DNA of 64,000 nucleotides from Acidobacteriota bacterium. Its GTDB lineage: Bacteria; Acidobacteriota; UBA6911; RPQK01; JADFOI01. Every line of letters starts with the position of its first letter. Position 1 is the stretch's first letter. Positions 1 to 10,468 of this stretch are shown in pieces. Position numbers and translations under genes: made by a program. A model generated the notes under the pieces. It was not told the origin of the DNA, searched no databases, and saw nothing but the letters and a program-made list of their open reading frames with translations. Location: NCBI GenBank assembly GCA_963663035.1, contig OY760074.1, positions 2,464,001-2,528,000 on the forward strand. The letters are read 5' to 3'.

Positions 1-131
1 GGCTAAGGTATGTGGCGTATTGCCGGCTCGGCCTCTTGCCTGTGATTGAAGGCAGTCTCGATGGAGGGCCAGGAGGGATGTACATGTGTTGTCTGGCGAG
101 GAAAGCGGCACACCAGGGACGCTGTGGATAG
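1..131 (+). CDS. 3' end of an upstream gene entering the window (possibly a methyltransferase)
   Basis: Open frame from base 3 to TAG 129-131 (...GMYMCCLARKAAHQGRCG*); the ARK-type ending resembles the methyltransferase C-termini downstream. Confidence 0.3.
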   Translation, partial: LRYVAYCRLGLLPVIEGSLDGGPGGMYMCCLARKAAHQGRCG

Positions 132-316
132 TGGCTATGCCGACAGGACGCATCAGGAAGAATCCCTAGGATCACAAGGGCTCACACAACTCTGGTAACT
201 ACCGCCGCTTGGCGACGACCTACCAACGAGCATTCTACATAGTTTTGTATAGTAGTGGCATGGGTTTCGAGGTTCTGACTGGGCTGTTTTGCGGACATCG
301 AATTGGACCCCAGCAG

Positions 317-1351
317 ATGGGCCAGCACCGTCTGCCTGTTCGAATGTGGGTCGGACTTTCACGAGCCGTGTCAGGATTTCTGCTCAGGCATCGTTTTCGA
401 GGGCGAGGGCGGCTCCTGAGCCTGGCGACGCGATGGCTGATGCCAAAACCTGCAGGGCCGACGATCGTGCCGGTTCTCGGGGACCTGCTCATGTGGGTGG
501 ACCCTGCGGACGGCGGGTTAGAGCAATCCCTGTATTATTTTGGGGCCTACGAAGCGGGCACCCTTCACGTGATGGCGAGGTGTTTGCACCCCGGTGACAC
601 GTTTTTGGACATAGGCGCCAACATCGGCTTAATGACCTTGACGGCCTCTCGGGCGGTGGGCGGCACGGGACAGGTGCACGCCTTTGAGCCCCTTCCCGAG
701 ACTCGCGCGATACTGGAACGCAACCTGGTGCTCAATCACACGCAGGGCGTCGTGGTCCATGGGACAGCCCTGGGGGCGAGGGCGCGGAGACGCACACTCT
801 ATTCTCCTGAAGGCACAAACCGGGGAATGGCTACGCTCCTTCCGCCGGCCACGGCACGCTCGTCAGTCGACGTGGAAGTGCTGCCTCTCGATGAGATTCT
901 ACAGGCACAGGGATTGATTAACGTGCGTATGATGAAAATCGATGTGGAGGGCTGGGAACTGGAAGTGCTCAAAGGGGCCACCACCTTCCTTGGGCAAGAG
1001 AATCCGCCGATCCTTTGCATTGAATACAGCGCCATGCGTCCAGTGCAAGGTGGCACGCTCCTGGATCTGGCCCGCTGGCTTACCCGCATCAACAGCTATC
1101 GCCTTTATCGGCTGGATCTTGGCAAGAACCATCTGGGGCTGCTGAAGCTCGTTGGGTCCGAACAGGAGCTGCCGTATCATGACAATCTTTTTTGTGTGAC
1201 CGACCAACAACGGACTACGCTACCGGCCTCGCTTTTTGCAGACCGTACAGCTCGGTTAACGGGTTCCCGCAACGAGTCAAGGTCACAGGGTATCCTTTCC
1301 CAAAGGGACTGTCCCCTCCCTGTCAAGAAAGAGGACTATTGCCGCGCATGA
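317..1351 (+). CDS. FkbM-family SAM-dependent methyltransferase (start uncertain: 260, 317 or 344)
   Basis: FLDIGANIG, VHAFEP and KIDVEGWELEVLKG motifs; stop overlaps the next ATG (ATGA 1348-1351). Confidence 0.9.
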   Translation: MGQHRLPVRMWVGLSRAVSGFLLRHRFRGRGRLLSLATRWLMPKPAGPTIVPVLGDLLMWVDPADGGLEQSLYYFGAYEAGTLHVMARCLHPGDTFLDIGANIGLMTLTASRAVGGTGQVHAFEPLPETRAILERNLVLNHTQGVVVHGTALGARARRRTLYSPEGTNRGMATLLPPATARSSVDVEVLPLDEILQAQGLINVRMMKIDVEGWELEVLKGATTFLGQENPPILCIEYSAMRPVQGGTLLDLARWLTRINSYRLYRLDLGKNHLGLLKLVGSEQELPYHDNLFCVTDQQRTTLPASLFADRTARLTGSRNESRSQGILSQRDCPLPVKKEDYCRA

Positions 1352-2619
1352 CTCAGCAGGTGAGCTTGAGAAAGTATCCCTATCCTTACCGGAGTGCCCT
1401 CACCATTTGCAGTGATATTGACTTGACCACTCCTGAAGAATTCCTTGAAATACACCGCTTCCTCAATACCAAGCAACGCACCCCCATGGGTGTTGGTGTG
1501 GGGTTGGAGATAGGGGACAGCTTTTGGATGTACTCGGCTGCTCCCGAACCCGGGAGGAGCTTGTCCTTATTTAACGGCTTGGAGCCTGTAGAAGGCCCCT
1601 GGTCGGAAATGATCCTCGATTTCATCCGGGCCGGCTACCTCGACTGTCTGCACACCTATGGAGACTTCAGTTTCTACGGTGGTTTCAGGAGGGAAATGGC
1701 GGTCACGGCAGTGGACTATCTTCAAGACAAGGGCATCCAGATTAGAGTTTGGACGAACCATGGAGACCTGCATAACTTTCAAAATATTCAGGAGAATTTT
1801 AGCTTGGGAGACTTGCAGCAGGGGCAGACGGCTAATGGGGATTCCTATGAAATTGTTGAGTATCACATGGACCTCACGCGCACTCTCGGAATCACCTTTC
1901 TGTGCAGGAGCCGCGACGTCACTCAGTTTTGGGGACAGAACAGAGACCTCCGCCTTCAGGAAGTATTTACTCCGACCAGGATGAGCGATCCTGTGAACTG
2001 TCTCAAGTGGTTTTACCACCAGCTTCGCCCCGGTGTTAAGAGGTTCATTGCAAACCCTTTGTTACAAAGCATCAACGTGAGGGATGGGAACTCACTTTTT
2101 GCTTTTAAGCGCTATGGCCGGTGCCAGCAGGACCGATCCAATGATCTTGGAAGTGTACTATCGCAGAAAAATTTTGCGCGGCTGATCAGGGATGAGTCCG
2201 TTGCCATTCTCTATACACATATGGGGAAAAGGCTTCAACCGGAAGGGCCCGTGATCCCCGAAGAGTTCCAAGAAGGTCTGAGAAGGTTAGAAGAACACTT
2301 TCGGGAGGGGACAATCTTTGTTACCACTACCGCTCGTCTGTTGAACTACCTTTCAGTCCACCGGGACTTAGACTTTCTGGTTGTAGAGAACGAAGATCAT
2401 CTCAGAGTCACACTCCAATCCAAGGCCCAAGTGGAAAAACTTGGGGGGATTACTTTCTTTGTGGACAGTCCAAAGAAACCCAGGTTCTTCTTAGACGAAA
2501 AGGAACTTGAGCTTCAAGAGAATCCCAAGGACCATCGCCAACGGAAAAGTTATTCCGTGCCACTAACCCCTCTTTCGATCGAAAAGCTCGAGCCTCACTT
2601 CAAAACTCATGCTCACTAG
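1348..2619 (+). CDS. Conserved polysaccharide-locus protein, possible deacetylase/hydrolase-like barrel
   Basis: YPYPYRSALTICSDID, LDCLHTYGD, VWTNHG and LYTHMG metal-ligand-like motifs; translationally coupled on both sides. Confidence 0.55.
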   Translation: MTQQVSLRKYPYPYRSALTICSDIDLTTPEEFLEIHRFLNTKQRTPMGVGVGLEIGDSFWMYSAAPEPGRSLSLFNGLEPVEGPWSEMILDFIRAGYLDCLHTYGDFSFYGGFRREMAVTAVDYLQDKGIQIRVWTNHGDLHNFQNIQENFSLGDLQQGQTANGDSYEIVEYHMDLTRTLGITFLCRSRDVTQFWGQNRDLRLQEVFTPTRMSDPVNCLKWFYHQLRPGVKRFIANPLLQSINVRDGNSLFAFKRYGRCQQDRSNDLGSVLSQKNFARLIRDESVAILYTHMGKRLQPEGPVIPEEFQEGLRRLEEHFREGTIFVTTTARLLNYLSVHRDLDFLVVENEDHLRVTLQSKAQVEKLGGITFFVDSPKKPRFFLDEKELELQENPKDHRQRKSYSVPLTPLSIEKLEPHFKTHAH

Positions 2620-3325
2620 AGTGATCCGTTTCTGGCAAGTGTGGGTAAAGTTGCCCTGGGTGGTGGACCGCAAGTTCGACTTCGCTTTGAGCCAAGCCCG
2701 TCAATATGTGGGTGGCAGGTTGTTGGATGTGGGCTGCGGAGCAAAGCCCTATCGGAAGCTCTATGCTGCATCTGTTGATAGGCACATTGGCGTGGATTTC
2801 ACCATTCCCGATGGAAACCGTGAAGAAGAAGTCGCATCTCGAGCGATGGGGCCCGACGTTTTAGCTGACGGACAACATCTCCCCTTTCGTTCAACATCAT
2901 TCGATACGGTTCTCTGTACCCATGTCTTTGTACATTTCAAGGAACCTTCTCAAGCTATGGGAGAAATGAGCCGTGTTCTCCGAGAAGGTGGACATCTGGT
3001 GTTGAGCGCCCGACAGATGTGGCATGTCTACGTCGCTGAGGATTACTTTCGCTTCACCGAAAACGGGTTAAGGCATCTTGCCAAGAAAAACGGACTCGAA
3101 GTGTTGCAAGTTTTCGGAGTGGGCGGTTTTTTCGCACGCTTGGGAGCCAAACTAAGCTACTTTCTGCACTCGCTCAACCGACGGAAGCTTCGCTTCTTCA
3201 TCGAGGTTCCTTTGGGAATCCTCATCGTGTTCATACAGGGACTCTTCTACTTTCTGGATTCAATTTTTCCTACCCCAAACGACGTGGTTTTTAATGTCCT
3301 TGTGGCCAGGAAAGGTTCCCAGTGA
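2609..3325 (+). CDS. Class I SAM-dependent methyltransferase
   Basis: LLDVGCG, LPFRSTSFDTVLC, RVLREGG and DYFRFT motifs. Confidence 0.9.
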   Translation: MLTRVIRFWQVWVKLPWVVDRKFDFALSQARQYVGGRLLDVGCGAKPYRKLYAASVDRHIGVDFTIPDGNREEEVASRAMGPDVLADGQHLPFRSTSFDTVLCTHVFVHFKEPSQAMGEMSRVLREGGHLVLSARQMWHVYVAEDYFRFTENGLRHLAKKNGLEVLQVFGVGGFFARLGAKLSYFLHSLNRRKLRFFIEVPLGILIVFIQGLFYFLDSIFPTPNDVVFNVLVARKGSQ

Positions 3326-4659
3326 GCTTGTTCGTGAAGGACATCTCTGCGACGTTAGGCACGAGAGTCATACTTCTGTTTGTCGGTTTTTTCACTAACG
3401 TTTTTGTTGCAAACAGCCTCGGCTCCGAGAGGCTGGGAGCATTCAGCCTGGTCATGACTACCCTGGCGTGGCTTACTCTGTGCGCTGGTTTTGGCATAGA
3501 TGCCTCAAATGTCTATTTTGCAGGGCAAAAGAGATGGACTACGGCATCATTGGTTGCCAATTCACTTTGGATAGCACTGCTGGGAGGTGTCCTGGCTTCA
3601 GTTCTATTCTTGTCGGTTCAGAATTGGGCTTTCGAGACTATCCTCAAAGGGGTCGATCCCAAATGGCAGTTTGTGGGTCTTTTGGCTTTGCCTGTGATGG
3701 TTGCCAGAAACTCTTTGCAGGGGATCTTGAGAGGTACAAACCGAATTCTTGAATGGAACGGGACCGCTTTGGCAAATGCCGCACTACTGTTGCTGCTGTT
3801 TCTCATTCTACTCAAGGGAGCTGGACTGGGGGTGTTGGGAGCGGTTTCGACCCATTTGATCGTTGCCTTTTTAATGACGGTGACGTTGCTTTTCATCTTG
3901 TCGCGAGGCTCAAAGTTATCCTGGAAGATTCATTGGCAAGGGATGAAGGAGAGTCTCGGATACGGACTCAAAATACAATCGAGTAATGTCATCAACTTTT
4001 TCAACTACTACTTGAATTATTATCTCTTGAATTATTTCTTGAGTACGACTGAAGTAGGCCAATACAGCGTGGCCATGGCTTTGAGTCAACCTCTCATGAT
4101 CCTTCCCGCTGCCATTCAGTATGTCCTGCTTCCCAAGGTCTCCATCACTCAAACTTCCGAAGCAAAGATCTGGATGCCCCTATTACTACGACTAACTGTC
4201 TTTCTCATGTTGTCTATGTTGTGCGTCTTCCTTCTGGTCTGCCCTCTTGTTATCGCCTGGTTCTATGGCGACGAGTACGCGGCCTCGGTTTTGCCGCTTC
4301 GACTACTGATTTCAGGCTGCCTTTTCCTCAGTATCGCGACAGTGACTTCAGGTTATAACGCCGGCTCTGGACGTCCCGAGATATCAATTTATTCTTCGGG
4401 GCTGGGTTTGGTGACGACCGTTACACTTGGCATCTGGCTGATTCCCACCTACGGTTTGGCAGCGGCCGGCTTCACCTCAGCCGTGGCCTACTTCGTTCTG
4501 GCTGTTATTGAATTTATCGGTTACCTCCGAGTATCGGGCAACGGAATGGCGGAGTCGCTCATCATCAGAGGAGAAGATTTCCGATTTACTTTCAATTCGC
4601 TCCGGTCGATGGCAACCCATTGGAAAGCCCGATTTGACCTGGAAAAGGGGAAAGATTAG
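3322..4659 (+). CDS. wzx: Wzx-type oligosaccharide flippase
   Basis: About 12 hydrophobic segments; LG-ERLG-F and VGQYSVA motifs typical of MOP/PST flippases; locus context. Confidence 0.85.
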   Translation: MSLFVKDISATLGTRVILLFVGFFTNVFVANSLGSERLGAFSLVMTTLAWLTLCAGFGIDASNVYFAGQKRWTTASLVANSLWIALLGGVLASVLFLSVQNWAFETILKGVDPKWQFVGLLALPVMVARNSLQGILRGTNRILEWNGTALANAALLLLLFLILLKGAGLGVLGAVSTHLIVAFLMTVTLLFILSRGSKLSWKIHWQGMKESLGYGLKIQSSNVINFFNYYLNYYLLNYFLSTTEVGQYSVAMALSQPLMILPAAIQYVLLPKVSITQTSEAKIWMPLLLRLTVFLMLSMLCVFLLVCPLVIAWFYGDEYAASVLPLRLLISGCLFLSIATVTSGYNAGSGRPEISIYSSGLGLVTTVTLGIWLIPTYGLAAAGFTSAVAYFVLAVIEFIGYLRVSGNGMAESLIIRGEDFRFTFNSLRSMATHWKARFDLEKGKD

Positions 4660-4686
4660 AACCTGCTTCCTACAGGTGGCAAAGCT

Positions 4687-5850
4687 ATGCATTTGTGCTT
4701 CATGGGTAACTTGGAAAGTATTCATCTCAGGAGGTGGATCCAGCACTTTATCGAGCGAGGACACCAGGTCTCTTTGCTTTCATACTCAGGTGAATCGGTC
4801 CAAATGGAGGGGTTGAAGGTACATTCCCTCCTGGAGAACGGTTCTGGAGATACTCAACCCCTTCCGAGCAATTCCGCTCCCCCTACAGCTCCCCCTCGGG
4901 CACCTGAGTGGGCTCAGCGTCTCCTTCCCTTTGGCCTTCTCACCGCCAAGATGAGTCTGAAATGGCTGCGCCATGGGATCAAGAAAAAGCTGAAGGAAAT
5001 TCAGCCGGACATTTTACATGGGCATTTTCTAGTGGAGTACGGGTTGTATGCCGCTATCACGGGATTCTCACCGTTAGTCGTCTCTGCATGGGGTTCGGAC
5101 CTTCTGCTTCATCCTCAGAGGTCCTTGCTTAACAGGTTGTTGGTCCGCTATACGGCCAAAAGAAGTTCTTTGTTCCATGTTGCATCTCCTTTCATGGTCA
5201 CGAAGCTAGAAGAAATGGGACTCCGTCATGACAACATCGTCATTGCCAATCTTGGGGTGGGCGAAGAGTTCCTTGATGTCCAAACTCAGTCAACGGCAGG
5301 GAGAAGTGTATTGGTGAGCACGCGGAAGCTTGGTCAAGTCTACAATCCAGCTACTCTTATCCGGGCCATGAAGTTGGTGAGCAAGGACCATCCTCAGGTT
5401 TTGCTGAGATTAGCGGGAGAAGGTCCGCTTCGCCAAGGTCTCGAAGCTTTGGTGGCTGAGTTGGGCTTGCAGGCCAATGTTGAGTTCTTGGGCAGTCTCT
5501 CTGAAGAAGATGTCAAACAGACTCTGAGCGAAGCCGATCTCTATCTTTCTACCTCGCTCTCGGATTCAGCCTCTATCGCATTGCTGGAGGCCATGGCGGT
5601 CGGACTTCTTCCGATTGTATCGGACATTGCGGGAAACAGGGAATGGATCACAGACGGTGTCAACGGGTTCCTTGTTGACCCTCACGACACCGATACGATG
5701 GCCGCGAGGATCACACTGGCTTTGAGCAGGGCCGACTGGAGACAAGAGGTGTGTCAGCAAAATAAGGAGATTGTGAAACAGCGAGCTCTCCGGAAAAACC
5801 AGATGGACATCGTGGAACAGGCCTACCGGGAGCTACTCTCGCAGAAATAG
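4687..5850 (+). CDS. Glycosyltransferase family 4 (paralog A1)
   Basis: PDILHGH, SAWGSD and LLEAMAVG..IVSDI..NREWI motifs. Confidence 0.9.
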   Translation: MHLCFMGNLESIHLRRWIQHFIERGHQVSLLSYSGESVQMEGLKVHSLLENGSGDTQPLPSNSAPPTAPPRAPEWAQRLLPFGLLTAKMSLKWLRHGIKKKLKEIQPDILHGHFLVEYGLYAAITGFSPLVVSAWGSDLLLHPQRSLLNRLLVRYTAKRSSLFHVASPFMVTKLEEMGLRHDNIVIANLGVGEEFLDVQTQSTAGRSVLVSTRKLGQVYNPATLIRAMKLVSKDHPQVLLRLAGEGPLRQGLEALVAELGLQANVEFLGSLSEEDVKQTLSEADLYLSTSLSDSASIALLEAMAVGLLPIVSDIAGNREWITDGVNGFLVDPHDTDTMAARITLALSRADWRQEVCQQNKEIVKQRALRKNQMDIVEQAYRELLSQK

Positions 5851-5856
5851 GATGCC

Positions 5857-7011
5857 ATGCATTTGTGTTATATGGGTAGGTTCGAAAGTGTTCATCTCAA
5901 GAGGTGGATCAAGCACTTTATCGAGCAAGGACATCAGGTCTCTTTGCTTTCTTTCTCAGGTGCATCACTTCAGATGGAGGGCTTGAAAGTACATTCCCTC
6001 CTGGCGAACTGTTCTGGAGACTCTCCACCACCCACGAGCACGCCCACTCTTCTCTTTGGAGCGCAAGAGTGGGCTCACCGCCTCCTTCCCCTGGGCCTCC
6101 TAACGGCCAGAATGAGTCTTAAGTGGCTGCGCCATGGAATCAAGAGAAAGCTGGAGGAGATTCAGCCCGACATTTTACATGGGCACTTTCTGATGGAGTA
6201 TGGTTTCTACGCTGCCACTACGGGATTCTCACCGTTAGTTGTCTCTGCATGGGGTTCGGACCTTCTGATTCATCCTCAGAGGTCCTTGATCAACAGGTTG
6301 TTGATCAACCACACGCTCAAAAGAAGTTCTTTAGTCTACGTTATGGCTCCTTTCATGGCCAGAAAGATTGAAGAGATGGGGATCCATAGAGGGAAAATCG
6401 TTTCGGCCAATTTTGGGGTAGATGAAGCTTTACTCGATGTACAGGCTCAATCAAGGAATGGGAGACCGATACTGGTATGCACCAGGATGCTGGACCACGT
6501 CTATAATCACGCCACGCTGATTAAAGCTTTAGCCGTGGTACGCAAAGCCCATTCGGAGGTTTTGCTTAGATTAGCGGGAGACGGTCCCTTACGGAAGCCT
6601 CTGGAAGCCTTGGTGAATGAGTTGAGTTTGCAGACAAATGTTGAGTTTGCAGGCTTTCTTTCAGGAAGTAAATTAATAGGGGCTCTGAGCACTGCGGACC
6701 TCTATCTCTCCACCTCTCTGTCCGATGGAACCTCGGTGTCACTACTGGAAGCCATGGCGGTCGGACTTTTTCCGATTGTATCGAACATTGAGGGAAACCG
6801 GGACTGGATCGCTGACGGCGCCAACGGATTCCTTGTTGACCCTCACGACCCAGATGCGCTGGCCGCAAGAATCACCCTGGCTTTGAGTAAGGTCGACTGG
6901 AGACGAGAGGTGTGTCAGCAAAATAAGGAGATTGTCAAACAGAGAGCTCTCCGGAAAAGCCAGATGGAGATCATGGAACAGGCCTACCGCGAGCTATTAT
7001 CGGAGCAATAG
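5857..7011 (+). CDS. Glycosyltransferase family 4 (paralog A2, tandem duplicate of A1)
   Basis: Same motifs (SDGTSVSLLEAMA); long DNA identity with 4687-5850. Confidence 0.9.
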   Translation: MHLCYMGRFESVHLKRWIKHFIEQGHQVSLLSFSGASLQMEGLKVHSLLANCSGDSPPPTSTPTLLFGAQEWAHRLLPLGLLTARMSLKWLRHGIKRKLEEIQPDILHGHFLMEYGFYAATTGFSPLVVSAWGSDLLIHPQRSLINRLLINHTLKRSSLVYVMAPFMARKIEEMGIHRGKIVSANFGVDEALLDVQAQSRNGRPILVCTRMLDHVYNHATLIKALAVVRKAHSEVLLRLAGDGPLRKPLEALVNELSLQTNVEFAGFLSGSKLIGALSTADLYLSTSLSDGTSVSLLEAMAVGLFPIVSNIEGNRDWIADGANGFLVDPHDPDALAARITLALSKVDWRREVCQQNKEIVKQRALRKSQMEIMEQAYRELLSEQ

Positions 7012-7091
7012 GATTTCAGTTGTTAGTCAGGAGATACGGCTAGCTCTTCGAATGGGCTTTTGACGGGAGAACCACTTCGAGGCAACTTCAG

Positions 7092-8264
7092 ATGAAGATA
7101 CTCTACGTCCTCTATCATGAGTATGAGCGAATGCCCATACATGCTGTTGAAGTGATCGAGGAGATGAACCGCCAAGGGCACCAGGTGGTGGTTGTGACTG
7201 CCATTTCACGCCAATTTCTGCGAGGACTCGCCTGGCCCCCCACCATTCAAGTCCATCGGGTCCCGATCGTGAATCTTAAGGGTCTTCGAATGATCTCTTT
7301 CTGTCTGAGTTCCTTGCTGCTTCTGCCTCGCTGGTGCCTGAAAGAATGCCCGAATATTGTTTATGATCGCTTTTCACTCACCTCTCTCGTGACAGTCTGG
7401 ATGACACGCCTCTTAGGTATTCCCCTGGTTTTGGAGATCAATGGAATCGTGAGCGATGAGTTAGCCTTGGGTCGGAGTGCGCGTTGGCGTCGTCAACTCT
7501 TTAAGCTGGTTGAGGGTTGGGTGTTTCGAGGTGGTGACCATCTCATCACCGTGACCGAAGGTATTCGTAAGTGGGTCAGCTCTGCTCATTCGGTGCCGCT
7601 TGAAAACATAGAGACCATCCTCAATGGCACCAATCCTGGCAGGTTTAAGCCCGTTGATAAGGGTCTGGCTCGACAGGAACTTGGGCTGGATCCTGAGCGG
7701 CCTATCGTCGGCTATCTAGGAAGCCTGTTCCCCTGGTGCGGTCTGGAAGTTCTCATTGAAGCCTCGCTTATCATTTTGGAAAGTATTCCTGATGGACTGT
7801 TTCTGATCGGAGGTGGTCAGGCAGAAATGAAAGTGGCATTGGAGGGAAAAGTGAAGCACCTGGGTGCGGAACAGCACTTTGTCTTTCAGGGTGAAGTTCC
7901 CTGGGATCAGGCCGCTCTGTTTATCAGTGCCTTCGATGTTGCAGTGGCTCCAGCCCAACTCTCAGAGCGCTCAGGAATCTCACCTCAGAAGGTTTATGCA
8001 TACCTGGCATGCCAACGCCCTGTGGTGGGAAGTGATATCGAGGGACTGGGTGACATGCTGACACAGGAGAGGGTTGGATTCTCCTTTCCCTCAGGCGATG
8101 CTGAGAGAATGGCCGGAGCCATCATCCAACTGCTTCAGGATCGGGAATTGGCGCAGACGATGGGTGAGCGGGGAAGACGGTTAGTGTTGGATCGTTTCAC
8201 CTGGGAACGAGTGGTCCAGAAGACAGTACGGATTTTCAAGGACATCTTGGAATCACGGTGTTGA
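7092..8264 (+). CDS. Glycosyltransferase family 4 (paralog B1)
   Basis: LEING, NGTN..F, GYLGSL.PW and SPQKVYAYLAC motifs. Confidence 0.9.
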   Translation: MKILYVLYHEYERMPIHAVEVIEEMNRQGHQVVVVTAISRQFLRGLAWPPTIQVHRVPIVNLKGLRMISFCLSSLLLLPRWCLKECPNIVYDRFSLTSLVTVWMTRLLGIPLVLEINGIVSDELALGRSARWRRQLFKLVEGWVFRGGDHLITVTEGIRKWVSSAHSVPLENIETILNGTNPGRFKPVDKGLARQELGLDPERPIVGYLGSLFPWCGLEVLIEASLIILESIPDGLFLIGGGQAEMKVALEGKVKHLGAEQHFVFQGEVPWDQAALFISAFDVAVAPAQLSERSGISPQKVYAYLACQRPVVGSDIEGLGDMLTQERVGFSFPSGDAERMAGAIIQLLQDRELAQTMGERGRRLVLDRFTWERVVQKTVRIFKDILESRC

Positions 8265-8300
8265 AACGACTGAGATGAGAATGAGACAGGGCAAACTGAG

Positions 8301-9479
8301 ATGAAGATCTTCTACGTCTTCTATCATGAGTATGAGCGAATGCCCATACATGCTGTTGAGGTGATCGAGGAGATGAACCGGCAAGGGCAGCAGGTGGTTG
8401 TTGTGACTGCCATTTCACGCCAATATCTGCAAGGACTTGCCTGGCCCAAGAGCATTCAAGTTCATCAGGTTCCGATACTTCATCTCAGGGGTCTTCGAAT
8501 GATCTCCTTCTTTTTGAGTTCGTTTCTATTGATGCCTTACTGGTGCCTGAAGGCATCGCCCGATATTGTGTATGAACGCTTCTCACTCACTTCTCTAGCG
8601 ACTCTGTGGATTACACGCCTTTTAGGTATTGCTCTGGTCGTGGAGGTAAATGGAATCGTCACCGATGAGTTAGCCTTGAGTCAGACTGCCGGTTGGCGTC
8701 TTCACCTTCAGGAGCTGGTTGAGGGTTGGGTGTTTCGAGGGAGTGACCATCTCATCACCGTGACCGAGGGTATACGTCAGTGGGCCGGATCCGATCATTC
8801 GGTGCCGCTTGAGAAAATAGAAACAATCTTCAATGGCACCAATCCTCGCAAATTTAAACCCTTTGAGAAAGGTCTTGCTCGACAAGAATTTGGGCTGGAC
8901 CCGGAGCGGCCTATCGTCGGCTATCTGGGAAGCCTGTACCCCTGGTGTGGTCTGGAACATCTGATTGATGCTTCGCCTATGATTCTTGAAGAAATTCCAG
9001 ATGCACTCTTCCTGATCGGAGGTGGTCAAACGGAGATGAAATGGGAATTTGAGAGAAGGGCGAAGCACCTGGGTGTGGAACAGCACTTTGTCTTTCAGGG
9101 TGAAGTTCCCTGGGATAAGGCCGCGCTCTTTATCAGTACCTTCGATGTTGCAGTGGCCCCCGCCCAATTCACAAAGCGCACAGGAATATCACCTCTGAAG
9201 TTCTATGCCTACCTAGCATGCGAACGCCCCGTGGTCGGAACTGACTTGCAGGGTTTGGGCAACATCCTGGAGGAGAGAAATGTTGGAAAGTCATTTCCCG
9301 TGGGTGAAAAGGAAGAACTGGCGGAGGCTGTGATTCTGCTGCTCCAAGATAGAGAAATGGCGACGAGCATGGGGAAAAGAGGTAGAGAGTTTGTCCTGAA
9401 ATCTCATACTTGGGAGCGAGTGGTTGAGAAGACCATCGAGTTACTCAATAGGTGTCTAAACTCGAAGCGAGGCACTTAG
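8301..9479 (+). CDS. Glycosyltransferase family 4 (paralog B2, tandem duplicate of B1)
   Basis: SPLKFYAYLAC motif; near-identical N-terminus and DNA similarity to 7092-8264. Confidence 0.9.
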   Translation: MKIFYVFYHEYERMPIHAVEVIEEMNRQGQQVVVVTAISRQYLQGLAWPKSIQVHQVPILHLRGLRMISFFLSSFLLMPYWCLKASPDIVYERFSLTSLATLWITRLLGIALVVEVNGIVTDELALSQTAGWRLHLQELVEGWVFRGSDHLITVTEGIRQWAGSDHSVPLEKIETIFNGTNPRKFKPFEKGLARQEFGLDPERPIVGYLGSLYPWCGLEHLIDASPMILEEIPDALFLIGGGQTEMKWEFERRAKHLGVEQHFVFQGEVPWDKAALFISTFDVAVAPAQFTKRTGISPLKFYAYLACERPVVGTDLQGLGNILEERNVGKSFPVGEKEELAEAVILLLQDREMATSMGKRGREFVLKSHTWERVVEKTIELLNRCLNSKRGT

Positions 9480-10381
9480 TGCTCACTGAGCCCTTGAATC
9501 AGCTCACACCAGAAGAATTGAAGCTCTATGGAAATGTGGAAGCGGTTGAGGAACATCGAATCTATCAGAAGTTTGCGCATAGTCCTCGGCACCATAAGGA
9601 CTATTACCGGCTGATGTATTTCGAGTTTGAGCAACGGGCACAGGTTGGGGATCTCTTAACTGAAAGTGAGCTTCGTCTCTTTGAACGACAAAGGCAGATG
9701 GAAAAGGAGCGCATCACACGTTTCATGAAGATCATTGCGCCTCTCCCGGATCACTTTTTTTTAGACGTTGGGTGTGGCGTGGGACAATTGACCTACCATC
9801 TTGCTCGTGCCGGGGCCCGTGTTGTGGGGATAGAACTCAGTTATGAGGCCGTGCAGGTCGGGTTGGCGATACTGAATGAGTGTTCGCTGCCTGCTCCTGT
9901 GAGTTTTATCTGCCAGAACGCTATCTCCTTACCTTTTCAGAACGGGATCTTTGATCGGGTGGTTTGTGCGGATGTCATGGAGCACCTGAGCGACGAAGAG
10001 AAGCGAGCAGTGCTGCAAGAAGTCTACCGAGTGCTGAAGCCAGGCGGAGAGGTTTTTTTTCACACACCGAATAAACGGCGGATACAACTGGGGTTGCTCA
10101 GGAGACGTCTCGCCGCATTAATCCGATTGGAAAACCCTATGTCCATACGGCATCACTATCCCGAGGGGGGAGGCCACGTCGGTCTGACAACGCCAAGAAA
10201 GCTGATTCCGATGTTAACTGCCAGTGGTTTTGATTGCAGACGCATTTACTGTCCAGGTGATATCCCCATTCTCAAAGGGTTAGGCAGACCCGTGAATGAT
10301 CTGCTGAGTGCAGATACACCGGTCCTGAGGGATTTTCTGGCGGCGAATTTTGTCCTGATTGGGAGGAAACGCATTGGTTAA
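9452..10381 (+). CDS. Class I SAM-dependent methyltransferase
   Basis: FLDVGCGVG, LPFQNGIFD, DVMEHL and RVLKPGG..HTPN motifs. Confidence 0.88.
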   Translation: MSKLEARHLVLTEPLNQLTPEELKLYGNVEAVEEHRIYQKFAHSPRHHKDYYRLMYFEFEQRAQVGDLLTESELRLFERQRQMEKERITRFMKIIAPLPDHFFLDVGCGVGQLTYHLARAGARVVGIELSYEAVQVGLAILNECSLPAPVSFICQNAISLPFQNGIFDRVVCADVMEHLSDEEKRAVLQEVYRVLKPGGEVFFHTPNKRRIQLGLLRRRLAALIRLENPMSIRHHYPEGGGHVGLTTPRKLIPMLTASGFDCRRIYCPGDIPILKGLGRPVNDLLSADTPVLRDFLAANFVLIGRKRIG

Positions 10382-10468
10382 GCGTGTCACCCTGAAGCTC
10401 TATGCTTATCTGGCTTGGTGGGCAATCTCTGACACGGTCTCGGGCAAGAGAGACAAGGGTAAGACACT

